Source: the human T2T-CHM13v2.0 reference genome, Homo sapiens. From it: 64,000 nucleotides of DNA. Position numbers and translations under genes: made by a program. The number at the start of each line of letters is the position of its first letter. The stretch's first letter is position 1. Below, in pieces: positions 15,398 through 33,807 of the stretch. Below the pieces are notes generated by a model. The model was given only the letters and a program-made list of their open reading frames with translations. It did not search any database and was not told the origin of the DNA. The stretch lies in assembly GCF_009914755.1 (NCBI RefSeq), contig NC_060932.1, one strand, 5' to 3'.

Positions 15398-16640
15398 TCA
15401 GGTAAACACAGCAAACAGAAGATAAAAAGAAGTTGGCAAACAGCTTAAGTTTGCCAACAGGGTTTGAATCTTTTCAAATGTAGTCTGTCTTCCATCATTA
15501 CTGTTTCTTCTTCTTACCCGCTACTCCTTTGCAATCTTGTGTTTAGGTAGGTACAGGGTTGCTGCTGTGCTGTTTGGTAGAAAGAAGCCATAGGTTCTCT
15601 CCATATTCTGTGTATGCCGTTCACCGGCCCGCTAAGATTTGACTGGGCACTGCTGATTCGAGGGATGTTAAATGGACACCCACCGTGCAAGTGCATGCAA
15701 CTGGGAAACTTGTGGATCTCCTGGAAACCTTGACAGGCAGAATGAGGGGAGCCCTGGGACAGCATCTGGCTGTTTTGTCTTGACACCCCTTTCCTCAGTG
15801 CTCAACCCTGCATGAGACATGAAGAGAAGAGAAGAGCCAACTCCTTATTCAGACCCAGAGACATCCCTCCTGTGTTGAGGGGGGTGCACCCTGTAACTAG
15901 CTAGCTAGTCTTAAACCCACTTCCCACCTCACCCCCCTTTCCCAATTGACCCTCAATAGTCAAAGTGAATGGAGGCTGGCAGGCACCTTGGACACAGGTT
16001 CTATCCCAGTCTTTACTCTTTCCAACACTCCTTCAGACACCTCTTTCTCACTTCTCCTAAATCATATCCTCCTCCCTTCTAGGGGGAGCCTGATGGCTCA
16101 CCTTAGTCACAGACAGGAGCTGACACCTAACCATCGAAGCAGCTCTGTGGTGGAGGTGATGCCCACACCATGGACGGAAGCAGCTCCACGGGCCATGGTC
16201 ATAGCCTAGAGGTGACGCCCACACCATGGAGGCAGCTCTGTGATCTGAGGGATTCCCGGCACCGAAACAGCATTGCCTTAATTGCCCCCAAACACTGTTC
16301 CTATTACACATGACATTTAAACCTTAGGGAGTTACATTCATAATGTTAGGTTGCCTAAAGAAAAAAAACAAAAACAAAAGCAAACTGAAAAAGCCTTAAG
16401 TAGGGCCTTATGTTGCAGGCTGGTCAGATAGAGAAAGCCGTGCTATGCAGCTTGGCCAGCCCGGGTTACCAGCTCACCAACTGTGCCCACCCTGGCTGCT
16501 GGGAGATTTTATTGAGGAAAAATATTGGAGAATGTTTGAAAATAATGACCATGGTATGTAAGGCAAAAAATCTTAGTTGTTTAAATAAAGACGGTCTGGC
16601 TAGGTCCTTTTCAGTTCTCTCTCTTTTAAAAGTGATTTAG

Positions 16641-17073
<433 letters not shown>

Positions 17074-17507
17074 CTATTGTGTCCCCATGTCACTTTGATA
17101 AGCAGTTTGGAGAAAGCATTCAACTCTTCTGAAGACTTTGTTTCTCTAATCTGAGTCTCCTTTCCGAAAGTAAAGTAAGAAGGACAATTAAAGGGTATCT
17201 AAAGGTTTCTGTGTTGGTGGGCAAAGTAAATCTCTTGAGTTATAGAACTGATACTGGAATGCAAGTGTGTAGGGAACATACTTTTAGGGACGAATTCCTA
17301 TAAATGATGCTTGAACCAGTCTTGGACCTAATTTGAAACTCAAGATCACTTTTGTTTCAGATAGACACCACCCACCTCTATTTCCCCAGGCTTCCTTTCT
17401 CTTCCTCATGTCTTTCTAAGCTCTCTAATTCAGAAAACTCATGGATCTGGAGCTTCCTCCACAGAAAGGCAGCAAGACCTTGCATCAGTAAAGAAGTGCA
17501 GCTTTTA

Positions 17508-17985
<478 letters not shown>

Positions 17986-18447
17986 TACAGCTTTGAAGCC
18001 AGACCAAGTTCCGGTTGTACCTGAGACCTTTGATTACCTAGCACAGGTTCATCTCTGGGTTTTACTTTCCTCATACACAAAGTACCAGGGACAAAGTAGG
18101 CACATACGTGTTTATCCCTTTTCTACCCCCCACGTCTTTTGTCTCTGACCCTCATAGACATTTATAGCTACTCTGTTTGCTTTAGGTGGGTGACCAGTTG
18201 ATATTGCAAAGTCAGGCAATAGACCCAGCAGTTGACTTCAGCAATCCAACTCCATAGTCCTTACTTCAGAATATGTTGTGAATTGTATAGTGTCTTCTTT
18301 AGGAATTTCAATACAAAATTTCTATACAGGATCTTTTACCTCACAAGTGGACTTTAGAACCTAACCAACAAGGTGGTGGATGTCCTCTTAGATTTTTTTC
18401 CTGTGGACATTAAATATATATACATATATATGGATTGTGTACATATA

Positions 18448-18503
18448 TTAGGTTGGTGCAAAAGTAATTGGCAAAAACCGCAATTACTTTTGCAACAGCC
18501 TAA
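18448..18503. mobile_element. MADE1 (Hsmar1-derived MITE) with internal deletion
   Basis: TTAGGTTGGTGCAAAAGTAATTG ... CAATTACTTTTGCAACAGCCTAA terminal inverted repeats, typical of MADE1. Confidence 0.9.
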
Positions 18504-18782
18504 TTTAAATATGTATATATAATTTTTTCAATCAGCAATTCTTGATTGTTTGATTAAGAATGTCCAAATATACAAATCTCTCTTTTTAACCCACTCATAA
18601 TGTGTCACTTTGTTCTAACTTAAAGAACTAACCCCTAATGAGGACATCTAGATTGTCTCTACTATAAGTCATGCTAGCGGGAACATCCTTATGCCCCTGT
18701 GCAGTGTATTTAAAGAACAAATTTCAAGAAGTGGAATTCCAATGCAAGATTGCATCTTTGTTGAACAGCTGGATAATGGTAA

Positions 18783-19150
<368 letters not shown>

Positions 19151-19629
19151 TAAGAGTGATTTTTAAAAACCAAAAAATTATCCCAGAGTCTGGGAATAAA
19201 ATAAAAGAGGGATTAAAATCACTCTTCTAATATTCTAAGGCTCTTGAATGAGGATGAGCCACCCCTAATGGATATTCATTCCAATGAAAGAAAGACTTTA
19301 TAGAAAGAGAAATCTCCAGCCTCACATTTTCTGGATGGGTCAGTGGGTGTTGCTTTGTAATCAAAAGGCTGCCTGGCCGTTTGTGTCTCTTTAGACCATA
19401 TTGTAAAACTTTTGCAATGAACAGACTAGAGTTGTATTTGCATGTCAAAGCCTCAGTTACTATCTTGTTTTAACCAAATTCTCTACGCATAAAATATGTC
19501 TTTATTTACTGTTCAAAAAATGGTTTTGAAGGCACTGCTGACTACATCATCCACAGCACTTGATATAAAGTGCATTATAAGCAAACTTGGAATTCCTGTT
19601 GGGGACACACATTCCCATCAGGAACCTGG

Positions 19630-19665
19630 TCTGCTTCCTCTCTCCTGCTGTGACTCATGACGTCC
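19630..19665. promoter_or_regulatory. ETS + AP-1 + CRE-like motif cluster
   Basis: GCTTCCTC at 19633-19640; TGACTCA at 19651-19657 directly followed by TGACGTC at 19658-19664. Confidence 0.3.
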
Positions 19666-19929
19666 CTGGCCCTTCTTGCCAGAAAACCTAGGGCAAATGT
19701 GCAGGTCAGTTACAGCAGACCTGTTCCCTACAATGTTACCACATTCGCATTTTTCTCATTGCCTTGGCTCTGGTTTTCTGGTTTTATTTTATTAACTTCA
19801 TTATTGACTCTTTTGTGGTAAAACATTTTAAAGCTTTTTTTCTCTGAGAAAGAGGTAGCCTATAAAAATAATCTCTTTGTTTGGCATTGTTAATAAATAG
19901 ATGAAACATGCATTTCAAAATACCCATTG

Positions 19930-20140
19930 TATGGCAAAGTGGTAAGAGCCCAGGCTGTAGACTTAGCTTATGACTTAGACTTGAGAGCGCACTCCTGTGT
20001 GAGTGAGTCTTAGCCTCACCCCTCCCAGCTATGCTGTGCGCGAGTCTTTTAACCTTTCTGAGCCTCAGTTTTCTCCTCTGTAAAGTCATCTGGCCGTATG
20101 GTTTCTTCAAGGATTAAATGAGATGCTCAATATATTATAA
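19930..20140 (+). mobile_element. MIR remnant
   Basis: MIR core TTAACCTTTCTGAGCCTCAGTTTTCTCCTCTGTAAA...AGGATTAAATGAGAT. Confidence 0.7.
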
Positions 20141-20599
20141 ATGTGTAATAGAAGAATACTAAGGTGGAAATCATTGTAAAGTGTAGCTCATATCACTTGG
20201 AACATGTAACCACTCTCAGTTTTTGTCAGGAGTATATTGTATTTTCTACATTTCTGGTACTTTCATACAGCATAAGGAATTGCAAGACCTGTTCTGAGTT
20301 TGGGTTGCTCATCCCCATGTCACATGGAGGACCTCTGTTGAGGTTTCTGGTGGGAGAGTGTCTGAATGGGGGACCCCAAACACTTTGTGAGCAGAGATCA
20401 GCTGTGCCTGAGCAGTGAGGCCATGCTAATTCTCCACGTGGCTTTAATTTTTTCATTTACAGTGCATACATTCGATGTTAAATTATCCATGACAATGGTG
20501 GAAAGAAATTAAGCATAAATAAATGGCCATCTATCGATCTTCCTGTCTTGGATGTCACCACCCCACCCACATCCACCTGCTTTTTGTTTCCGTCCTTCC

Positions 20600-20901
20600 T
20601 TTTCCCAAGAGAAGAGAGAGAGAGAGAGAGAGAGAGAACGCTGGAGCGAGCAGCGAGGGCAGGGGAACTGCAGGAACGCAGTGGGGGGGGGACAGGGGAT
20701 TCCCTGTGCCCTGGTTGTGGCACAGCTCAGTCAGGGCTCGGTCCGTGCTGGGAGGGAGCTGGATCGAGCGGCCCGGTGCGCTGTGGGTTGGCCGCACCCA
20801 TGCAGGGCTCCTGCCCCGGAGCTCGCGGCGTGCGCAGGGTCCTCGTGCTGCTATTAACGTATTTGCCCATTTGTAAAGCACGATTTTAAGGGATGGTGAG
20901 T
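20600..20901 (+). promoter_or_regulatory. CpG-rich non-repetitive element; candidate alternative promoter / first exon in LYN intron 1
   Basis: Over 20 CpGs in about 320 bp, against a CpG-poor background. (GA)n at about 20608-20637, GGGGAACT ETS/PU.1-like site, kappaB site GGGGATTCCC at 20695-20704, donor ATG|GTGAGT at 20895/20896. Confidence 0.55.
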
Positions 20902-21507
20902 TAAACACCGCTTTTTCGGGGAGGGTGACGGGGCGTGGGAGGGATGAGACTGGTGAAAAAAGAACTCCCATGCTTACTTAGAGATCAACTCTAAACCCAT
21001 GGCCATTTCAGAAACTTTAGCGTATTAAAAAATGTGCTGTTTTGAATCAAAGAAGTACTTGCTTCCCCTTTATTTTGGGAACTGCAGCTCGCTAGTTTCA
21101 GAAAGAGGTGTGGCTGCTCTTTAGAGGCTTCATACCTCAAGTAATGAAATGATAAACAAGTTGAAGTTCCTAGACCAATTGGAAGCCTGCAGGAAAAAAC
21201 GCAGGCCTGGACGCGTGGCAGCGATGCCGGAGAGGGCCGAGTTCCCAGAAGAGCTCTTGAGGTTTCTTAGTACAATTCCTCCCCCACGAGATATTGCCTA
21301 GTCACACCACCTCTCCCCCTTCCCCAAACTCCTGTCATCTCTCCTTCCTCTAGACTTAACTCTAAGCCCTAGGCACCAGATTTGGCAGTGCTTCAGAATT
21401 ACACATCACATGGGGAGCAGCATGCTCCCACTGTGCCCCAGAAGAGTTTCCCGGACAGTGTCCAGAGAATCTGTTCGGTGAGAACCAACTTCTAATGAAG
21501 TTTGTGA

Positions 21508-21823
<316 letters not shown>

Positions 21824-22955
21824 GTTTTGTTTTTAATGCATAGATTTGACCCAATACTGTAAGACAAGAACTGTGTCTGATTCAAATGTTCAAAATCACC
21901 TTTGCAGTCCCCAGAGTGCGTGTGTAGTGCTCAGCCGTCCTGCGTTAATGGAATCACTGGATGACAGAGTTCATGTTTAGATGTGCACCGTGTGTTGTTC
22001 TGCCCTGGTCAGGCACCAGCCCCCTTCTTGCCATGGTGGCTTTCCTCCACTGTCCTAGCATGGCTTGCGGAGACCGTCATTTTGCTTTTACCTGCGCTAG
22101 TACTCCTGGTTTCCTGACTCAAGTAGCTTACTCAGTAGCCCTACTGGATTTGATCATCTGAATGTTTTCATAAGTATCTTCTCTCCCATAAGTGTGTTTC
22201 CTCAATTCATTTCCAGTCTTGATGAAAGCCAGGCCATCTTCCTAGGCCCCTACCTATGTTTAGCTGGAGCCAGGTTCTGCAGATTCTAGCTCTTCATCAC
22301 CTGCCCTTGAAGTCTCAAGGCCCCCCACCCCACTCCACCTTGCACACTGCAGATTGGATGTGTCATTTGTCTTCAGGGTAAAAAATCAACCACTCAGCTT
22401 CACATCCAGCATGTGCCTCCCTCTCTGGCCCTGACTCCTGACCTTCCCTACCTGCTCCTTGACTGCAGTGTTTAGTGTTGTAGATAGAGCTCATTTTCTG
22501 AAGAGATTAGGTTGATCTAGCTCTCTGAAGGGGCCATGTTATCTTGAGCTCATGGTGGTTGCATATGAAGTTTCTTCTTCCTGGAATCTCTTTGCTGACT
22601 TTGCAAACTGGCTGCCATCCCGCCCATTTCAACTCACAGAGCATTTCCTTTAGGAAGCTTTCCCTGACCACCTCCTTTTCCTCTTGCCTGAGTTACATGT
22701 CCTTTCTTAGATCCTGTGGGTCCTCTGTCATCGAGTCTTTACACATCTTTGCCACAAGAATACGAGCAGAGTTAGAGCTGGATTTTGTCTGGGTGATGGA
22801 AAATTAATGCTCAATAAATATTTGTTGAGTGAATCAATGGACAGGCAAACCTATTTGGGAACAGTATTCACTTTGAGTTTATTAATCTATATATGATAAA
22901 GAATAAAAGTATATTTTTTCTACTCTTTTTTATTGGAGACATTTTGATGGCTTGA

Positions 22956-23150
<195 letters not shown>

Positions 23151-23414
23151 TAGTCTCAGGGGAGAATTCCCACAGCAAGATCAAAGCATGGCTACATAAT
23201 TTAAACACCAGTCTGTAATATGTGCATGCAAAAAAATTCCATTGATTACTTGGTCCTCAAATAATTTTTGATATGCTTTGTAACTTTATCCTTTGAAGAA
23301 TGTATAAATATTTTAGGGATAACTAGGCCACTCATTGTGCAATTAAAAGGGCCTTTGGTCACATTCTTTTGTGTGAAGAAAGCCATCTTTCATATTACTG
23401 GTGCAAAGACCCCA

Positions 23415-23624
23415 CTATATATATATACACACACATATATATGTGTGTGTGTATATATGTGTATATATGTATATATATGTGTATATATATATGTGTATAT
23501 ATATGTGTATATATATGTGTATATATATGTGTATATATATATGTGTATATATGTGTATATATATGTGTGTATATATATATATGTGTGTGTGTGTATATAT
23601 ATATATATACACACATACATACAT
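23415..23624. repeat. Compound (TA)n/(TG)n/(CA)n microsatellite
   Basis: About 210 bp of alternating purine-pyrimidine sequence with recurring TATATATATGTG units. Confidence 0.95.
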
Positions 23625-23654
23625 AGGCTTGTGTGACTCAAGATAGTAGTGAGA

Positions 23655-23978
<324 letters not shown>

Positions 23979-24458
23979 TTAGAAGCAAAAGGAAATGTGG
24001 GATGCAAGTCAGAAACTAAAATAGGTGCTAATGTGTCTTTTGTTGTATCATACTTTATCCTGTCCTGTCATTTCTTCAATTAATTCAAAATAGTACAGAT
24101 CCTGAAGTTGTCATCTGTTATTTTAGTGAATTAAAATATTAAGGAAAAACACCTCTAATTCTGTCCCCTAACCTTAGAGAAATAGCTGGACTAGAAATAT
24201 TTTATGAGTGATGTGCTATTTGGTGTATTTCGGAAATACTTGGCAAAGAAAGAACTAACATCACATTTTATGGAAAGGAAGAACAGAGCTTTGAACAATT
24301 ATAACCTGAAATCTACTTCATTTCCGAGCTTATATCCTTTGCATATATGTATTCTCTCACTGTATACATGTATACCACCCATAGCCTGCTTTCTATGGAA
24401 TTCTGCAGCATTTAAGCTGGAAACAGTTTATTCCAGATTAGCCCAAATCCCATTATTA

Positions 24459-24751
<293 letters not shown>

Positions 24752-24937
24752 TTATAGTTTCTCTAGTCTGACATGTTTTTAAATGCTCAGGTGTTTTAGA
24801 AATATATTCCCATTATCAAACCTTTCTGCCTGCCCTCCCCTCAATATGTCCCCATTACCCTGAAGGTAGGAAATATCTGCCATGTATCAAAGTCACATGT
24901 CATCATTGAGACAAAGAAATCAACATCGGTCTTCTTA

Positions 24938-25283
<346 letters not shown>

Positions 25284-25600
25284 TTATCATACATGATGTT
25301 TCTTGATAAATTAACATTGTAATTTTATATATAGAAAATATATGTACTTAAAATGTATAGGAATATTAATAGATTTAATTGTGTGATTATAAATATAAAA
25401 TTTAAAAACCTATTACAGGCAGTGAAAGAAACATTACATAAGTATGTACAGATATAGAACCATATCATATATAAATATGATTAATAGAAAATAAAATAAG
25501 AGAAATTAGAGTCACAAATAGTTTTCTTATAGACATCAGAGTTCTCAAAAAAAGATCTGATTTTTCTCATACCATATGCTATAGATTTTGTAGGTTTTAA

Positions 25601-25943
<343 letters not shown>

Positions 25944-27597
25944 TAAATGATGAATAAAGATGTCCTTTATTCAGAAAAGTCAAGGAGAATAGTGTGCAAA
26001 CCCACACACCGCTTTTTCCTCTTGTTCAAAATAAAGGGGATTAAAAATCAAGTTAGAAAGCAGAAGTAGTAAACACGCTTGAAGTCTTTCAATTCCCTCC
26101 TGTATACCATTTTTTGCCCCTTCTGTGGTCACAGATGCCCTCCACTCATGAGCCAGTTAGCCTGGCCTTATTCCATGGCCATAACCAACACTCTCAGCCC
26201 TGGCCAGATATGACAAAATGCACGCTATGGATTGATTAAAAGGGGAATTTGATGAGAAGGTGAGGTAGGGTTGATGCAAATTCAACAACATTCTAGAAAA
26301 AGCCATTTTAAGGAAAAATCTAGAGCAATAGTATATGTGTGGCATACATGTGTTTCGGTCTTATAAAAAGCATATTAAAATGTTTGTAAGTTAAGGGCTT
26401 TTTGAAATTTGAAAAATCAGCTTGCTGCTTTTAAAATGATGTAATTAGTTTCTAGTCTTCTAGTTATTTCCTCTAAATCACATAAAATAGATCATATATC
26501 CAAATTATGCAAATCTGAATGACTAAAAAATCAACATAAAACTTCCTGACATAAACATTTGAAGGATAGTATGCAGCCATGGGTTTTTCTGGTACTACAA
26601 TGTAGTAATTTTCCCTGTCTCACTGAAATGGAGATTTTATGGGCTTTCATCAGAAATTTAAATTTCAGTACAAACTGTTTTGGTCCCATTCTGTGAAGCC
26701 ACTTTAATCAAAGAGAGACAGAAAAGTTACATGACTTGTGGTATAGGCCTCTGACAGCATCTATCTTACAAGAGGCCCAGAGGCCTCACACAGCCTCATG
26801 TGGCACTGTGAAGAAAAGAATTTGATTTTAAAGGTAATTGAGGTGGTCTTCTGTGCCACCAAATCCTTCCCAATAACTCACCCCCCCACTGAAATAACAG
26901 GGGATGCCATCTGTCCCTGTGATGGAGTCAGGGTCAGCCCAAGAAAACCTGGATGGGATGGGACTTGCTCTCAGCCTCCAGGGACAGAGCCCTGACCATG
27001 CAATTTTATACAATTGGGGAAGCCTCAGATGGGCAGTCCCAGGCTGGGACGGCAACTCCACGAAATCACCAGGGTCCCACCTCTTCCGTCTCCATCCTGC
27101 TGCCGCTGGTGTTTGCTTTCTATGTGAAGACTCCAGCCTTCACTTGTTTCTAGGGAGAGAGAAAGAGGCAAGGGAAAAGGGGAGCTGACAGCAAAGCCCT
27201 GCACAACCGATCTGCGGACCAAAACTCCCTCTGCCCTCTGCCCGGGGCTAGAGAGTTTGGAAGCACACTCATTGAGCTGGGCAAACTGCCACCCCAAATA
27301 ATATTAGGGCTCTGTCACCAAAGAAGAGGAGGAGCTAGGATGAGGTGAGCACCTGGCACCTGCCCAGAACCTCGCTCCCTTCCTGCCACCCACAGCAAGT
27401 GATAAAGAGCCCTGTCACTGGCCAAGCAGGGCAGGATGCACCTCTACAGGTTTTTCCCTCTGTGCTCCTGTTCTTTCTGACTTAATAAATGAGCCCATCC
27501 TAACATCTGCTACTGTTACAAAAATCATATATACAACACGAATGTGAGTAAGAAAAGCTAAACAGAATTTTTTTTTCTAACAAATATTCTCTCGTAG

Positions 27598-27643
27598 GTT
27601 CCAGAATCTCAGCTTTTACCTGGACAGAGGTTTCAAACTAAAG
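27598..27643 (+). CDS. LYN: LYN exon 3 (VPESQLLPGQRFQTK-D), 46 nt
   Basis: ctctcgtag|GTTCCAGAA...ACTAAAG|gtatgt; phase 0 to 1; continues the Lyn sequence. Confidence 0.97.
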
Positions 27644-27719
27644 GTATGTTTTCATAGCAACATAGTTAAAATTTTTTTTCTTTACTATTAGAGCTTCTAT
27701 AAAGTGATTGTCCTAAATG

Positions 27720-28515
<796 letters not shown>

Positions 28516-28730
28516 ATTTCTTAAATATAGAGTTGTATTTATAGTTTTAGTTTTAAGTGATTTGCAAGAACAAATACTGGACACAGTGTATACAGCAAGG
28601 TACTCTCTGTGGGCCGTGCAGACCCTGAGCCCACTAGGCAGGAAGCACATGTCCTTCTTCCAGTTGCCCCCTCTTAGTGCTTCCTCTCATCCTTTGTGCC
28701 CCATGAGGTTTGTTAAAACGCTTCTGCTGA

Positions 28731-28874
<144 letters not shown>

Positions 28875-29129
28875 TAAGTGCTCTCAAGCACGCCACGGCT
28901 GCTCGTTTCCTCAGGCCACTGAGTCCTGCAGGCTGTCCCCTTGTCTTGCTTCTGGTGCTACAGCCATAGCCCGGCCCCTTTCTTGTAATGGGTATGAGGC
29001 CTCCTTGCTACCCACAGGGAGTGGGCAGTGGAAGGAATAGAGCCAAAGGGATTTTCCTTTTAAGTCGGTCTGTGAGCACACTTCAGGGGGTTTCCCTTTG
29101 AAGACAGACAGTGGTTTTTCTTTAAAACA

Positions 29130-29423
29130 ATTTTTTTTTTTGAGATGGGATCTCTCTCTGTCATCCAGGCTAGAATGCAGTGGCATGATCATAGCTCACT
29201 GCAGCCTTGAACTCCTAGGCTAAAGCAATCCTCTCACCTCAGCCTCCTGAGAAGCTAGGACTACAGGCATGTGCCACCAGGCCTGGCTAATTTTTAAAAT
29301 TTTTGTAGAGATGGGATCTTGTTATGTTGCCCAGGCTGGTCTTGAACTCCTGCTGTCAAGCAATTCTCCTGCCTTGGCCTCCCAAAGTGCTGGGATTACA
29401 GGTGTGAGCCACCACACCCAGCC
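29130..29423 (-). mobile_element. Alu (J-like)
   Basis: Antisense Alu; TSD-like TGGTTT(T/C)T. Confidence 0.92.
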
Positions 29424-30704
29424 TGGTTTCTTTCTTTATCCACTCTTGCCACCTTAAGAAATTTGGGTCTGTGTGGCCCATGCATGATACTTGAAATGTC
29501 ACTTTTCTTTTGTTATATTACTCATGTTTAGACTGGGTTCATGGGCCCAGCCTAGCTTGAGTTCTAAGGGTACTGAGCTACAGCAGCTGTGTTGGGAAAT
29601 TCTCAACTCAGCAGCTGCCATGCTTTTGTGAGGACGCCTGAGTGTCGTCATCTCCTCAACCCCCTCTTGCTGACTCAGACATGTGGCAGTGTCAGACCAT
29701 AGGCATGCAGGACAGTGCTCAGAATAAGAAACTCCAGTTGCTTTAATTCTAGCTTGCTTTTCTTACTAATCTTGCATTAAATGTCACTGTGACCTGCCAA
29801 ATAGGGTTTGAGGGGGAGACTCCCTTATTAAGGACAAGGTGTTCCGTGGTTGAGAGCAATGTTGCATATGGGTTGAACAGGGACTTAAGCCTGATCCTGG
29901 CCCTGCCACTTGATAGCTGTATGACCTTGACAAGACCCTTAAACTTTATACCTTGGTTTCTTTACTTATAAAATGGGAATGACAGTACCTAGATCATGGG
30001 GTTGATGTGAGCATGATGCATGTGTTTAAACATGACATAAGCAAAGAGGATGCAGAGCTTAGTATTAGTTCTAGTTGCCTTCATGCCTTACAGACAAGGA
30101 TCCTGTCTGTGTGTGGAATTTATAGAGGAATGCAGTTAAGGCTCAAAGGGACCCATTCCTTCCCCCATTACCAGCTTACCTGCTTGCTTCTTCCAGTGCT
30201 CATCCCTGCCTCCTCCCTGGCTCCATGCCTGCCTTTCTGCTGAGGACTCGAGCATGGTGCTGAAGCTCACTTGCTTGGAATTGTCTTATGGTTTTCTTCT
30301 TTTCATAGTGTCCATCTCTATGATAACTAGATGTTTGAACAAAGGAGTTTATAATGCATGAACTGTGGACCAGTATTCCCTTGACTCTCATTTCTATAAG
30401 GATTTGAAAGCATTTCTTAGCTATCCTGGGGCAAGTTACAAACCTTTTGTTTCTGTGAGATGGGAGCCATTTGTACCAACTCTTCTTTGTGCACCCCTGA
30501 TCGCAGTGATGCGTGCTTTAGTTGTAAGGCTGTTTTCCTTTGCTTCTGTCTCTAAACATATTTTAATTCCATCACGGAGAGTGAATTTTCCCACTGGATT
30601 CTGGGGTTCCAGAGATGTTCTCCACCCGCCTTCACCATCCTAAACAAACATCTTGAGACAATTGCTATTGTAGCTGTTGAGTCTTGGATATAAACACTTT
30701 TTTC

Positions 30705-31565
30705 CTTTTATTTTTAGTTGACATGGAATAATTATATGCAGTCATGGGATACAGAGCGATATTTTGATACATGTATGCAGTGTGTACGGATCAAGTCAGC
30801 GTAATTAGCATATCCATCATCTGGAACATTTATTCTTTCTTTGTGTTGTGAACATTCAAAACCCTCACTCCTGGCTTCTTTTCTTTGTCTCTCTCTCTCT
30901 CTTTTTAATAGCTTTATTGAGAATTCACAATACCATACAATCCATCTACTTAAAGTGTACAATTCAGTGATTTTTTTAGTATAGTCACAGAATTGTGCAA
31001 TCATCACCACAATCCATTTTAGAACATTTTAAATACCCCAAAAGGAAACCCTGCACCCCTTAGCTGTCACCTCAACTCTCCCATTCTCTGCAGCCCTAGG
31101 AAACCACGAATCTACTTTTTATCTCTGAAGACTGACCTATTCTGGATATTTCACATAAATGGAATCATACAATATGTGGTCCTTTTTGACTGCCTTCTTT
31201 TATTTAGCATAATGTTTTCAAAGTTCATCCCTGTTGTAGCATCTCTCAGCACTCCATTCCTTTCACTGCTGAGTAATACTCCACTGGATGGATATTCCAG
31301 ATTTTGTCCATTCATCAGTTGATAGGCATTTTGGTTGTTTCTACTTTTTGCTTTTACAAATAAGGATGCTTTGAACATTCATGTACAAGTTTTTGTGTGG
31401 ACATTATGGTTTCATCTTTCTTGGGTATATGTCAAGGAGTATAGTTGCTGGGTCCTGTGGTAAGTCTATGTTTTCTTTATTTTTAATTTTTTAATTGATA
31501 TGTAATATCTGTACATAAATACATATTTATGGGATATCTGTGATATTTTGATACATGCATGGAGT
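30705..31565 (-). mobile_element. Stacked antisense L1MA/L1MB 3' fragments ending just upstream of exon 5
   Basis: GATATTTTGATACATGTAT..., AAAGTGTACAATTCAGTG..., ATGGAATCATACAATATGTGGTCC motifs. Confidence 0.72.
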
Positions 31566-31579
31566 ATGTAATCTTTTAG

Positions 31580-31708
<129 letters not shown>

Positions 31709-31711
31709 TGA

Positions 31712-32059
<348 letters not shown>

Positions 32060-32110
32060 TGATAACAAATAACAAACCTCAGTGATTAGTTGTGCTACTA
32101 AAAGTAATAT

Positions 32111-32832
<722 letters not shown>

Positions 32833-33087
32833 ATCAAAGTAACTTAAAAAAATTTAAATGTAGCTAAATAATAATTTTAAAAAAATTATCATGAAGAAAG
32901 AAAATGGTATGTTGGCAAGCTACACAGCAAACAAAATGCCAGCTTCATTTGTCAAGTAGAATTTTTATAGGACTTTTAAAATTATGCATTTTATACAAAT
33001 TTCATAAATATATGTATTTTGCATATTTGTATCACAAAATGTGTACTGCAGTTGTTGTATAATGCAGATCTTATTTGTGAGATATAA

Positions 33088-33270
<183 letters not shown>

Positions 33271-33410
33271 TAAAAACTGAAGGTTCAACAAGACAAGATA
33301 TATTTGTTATGATATGTATAAGACGTCAAACGCTATTTTTATATTAAAACTTTTTATGCATCGTATTTCTCTTAGATACAGTTGCAGGTCATATTCTATA
33401 AGTGGTTCTA

Positions 33411-33807
<397 letters not shown>

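Noticed and set aside
20478-20971. Five overlapping 80-138 aa ORFs in the GC-rich element
   Set aside because: Expected from high GC and the (GA)n tract; no recognisable protein. Only the uORF geometry was kept as a finding.
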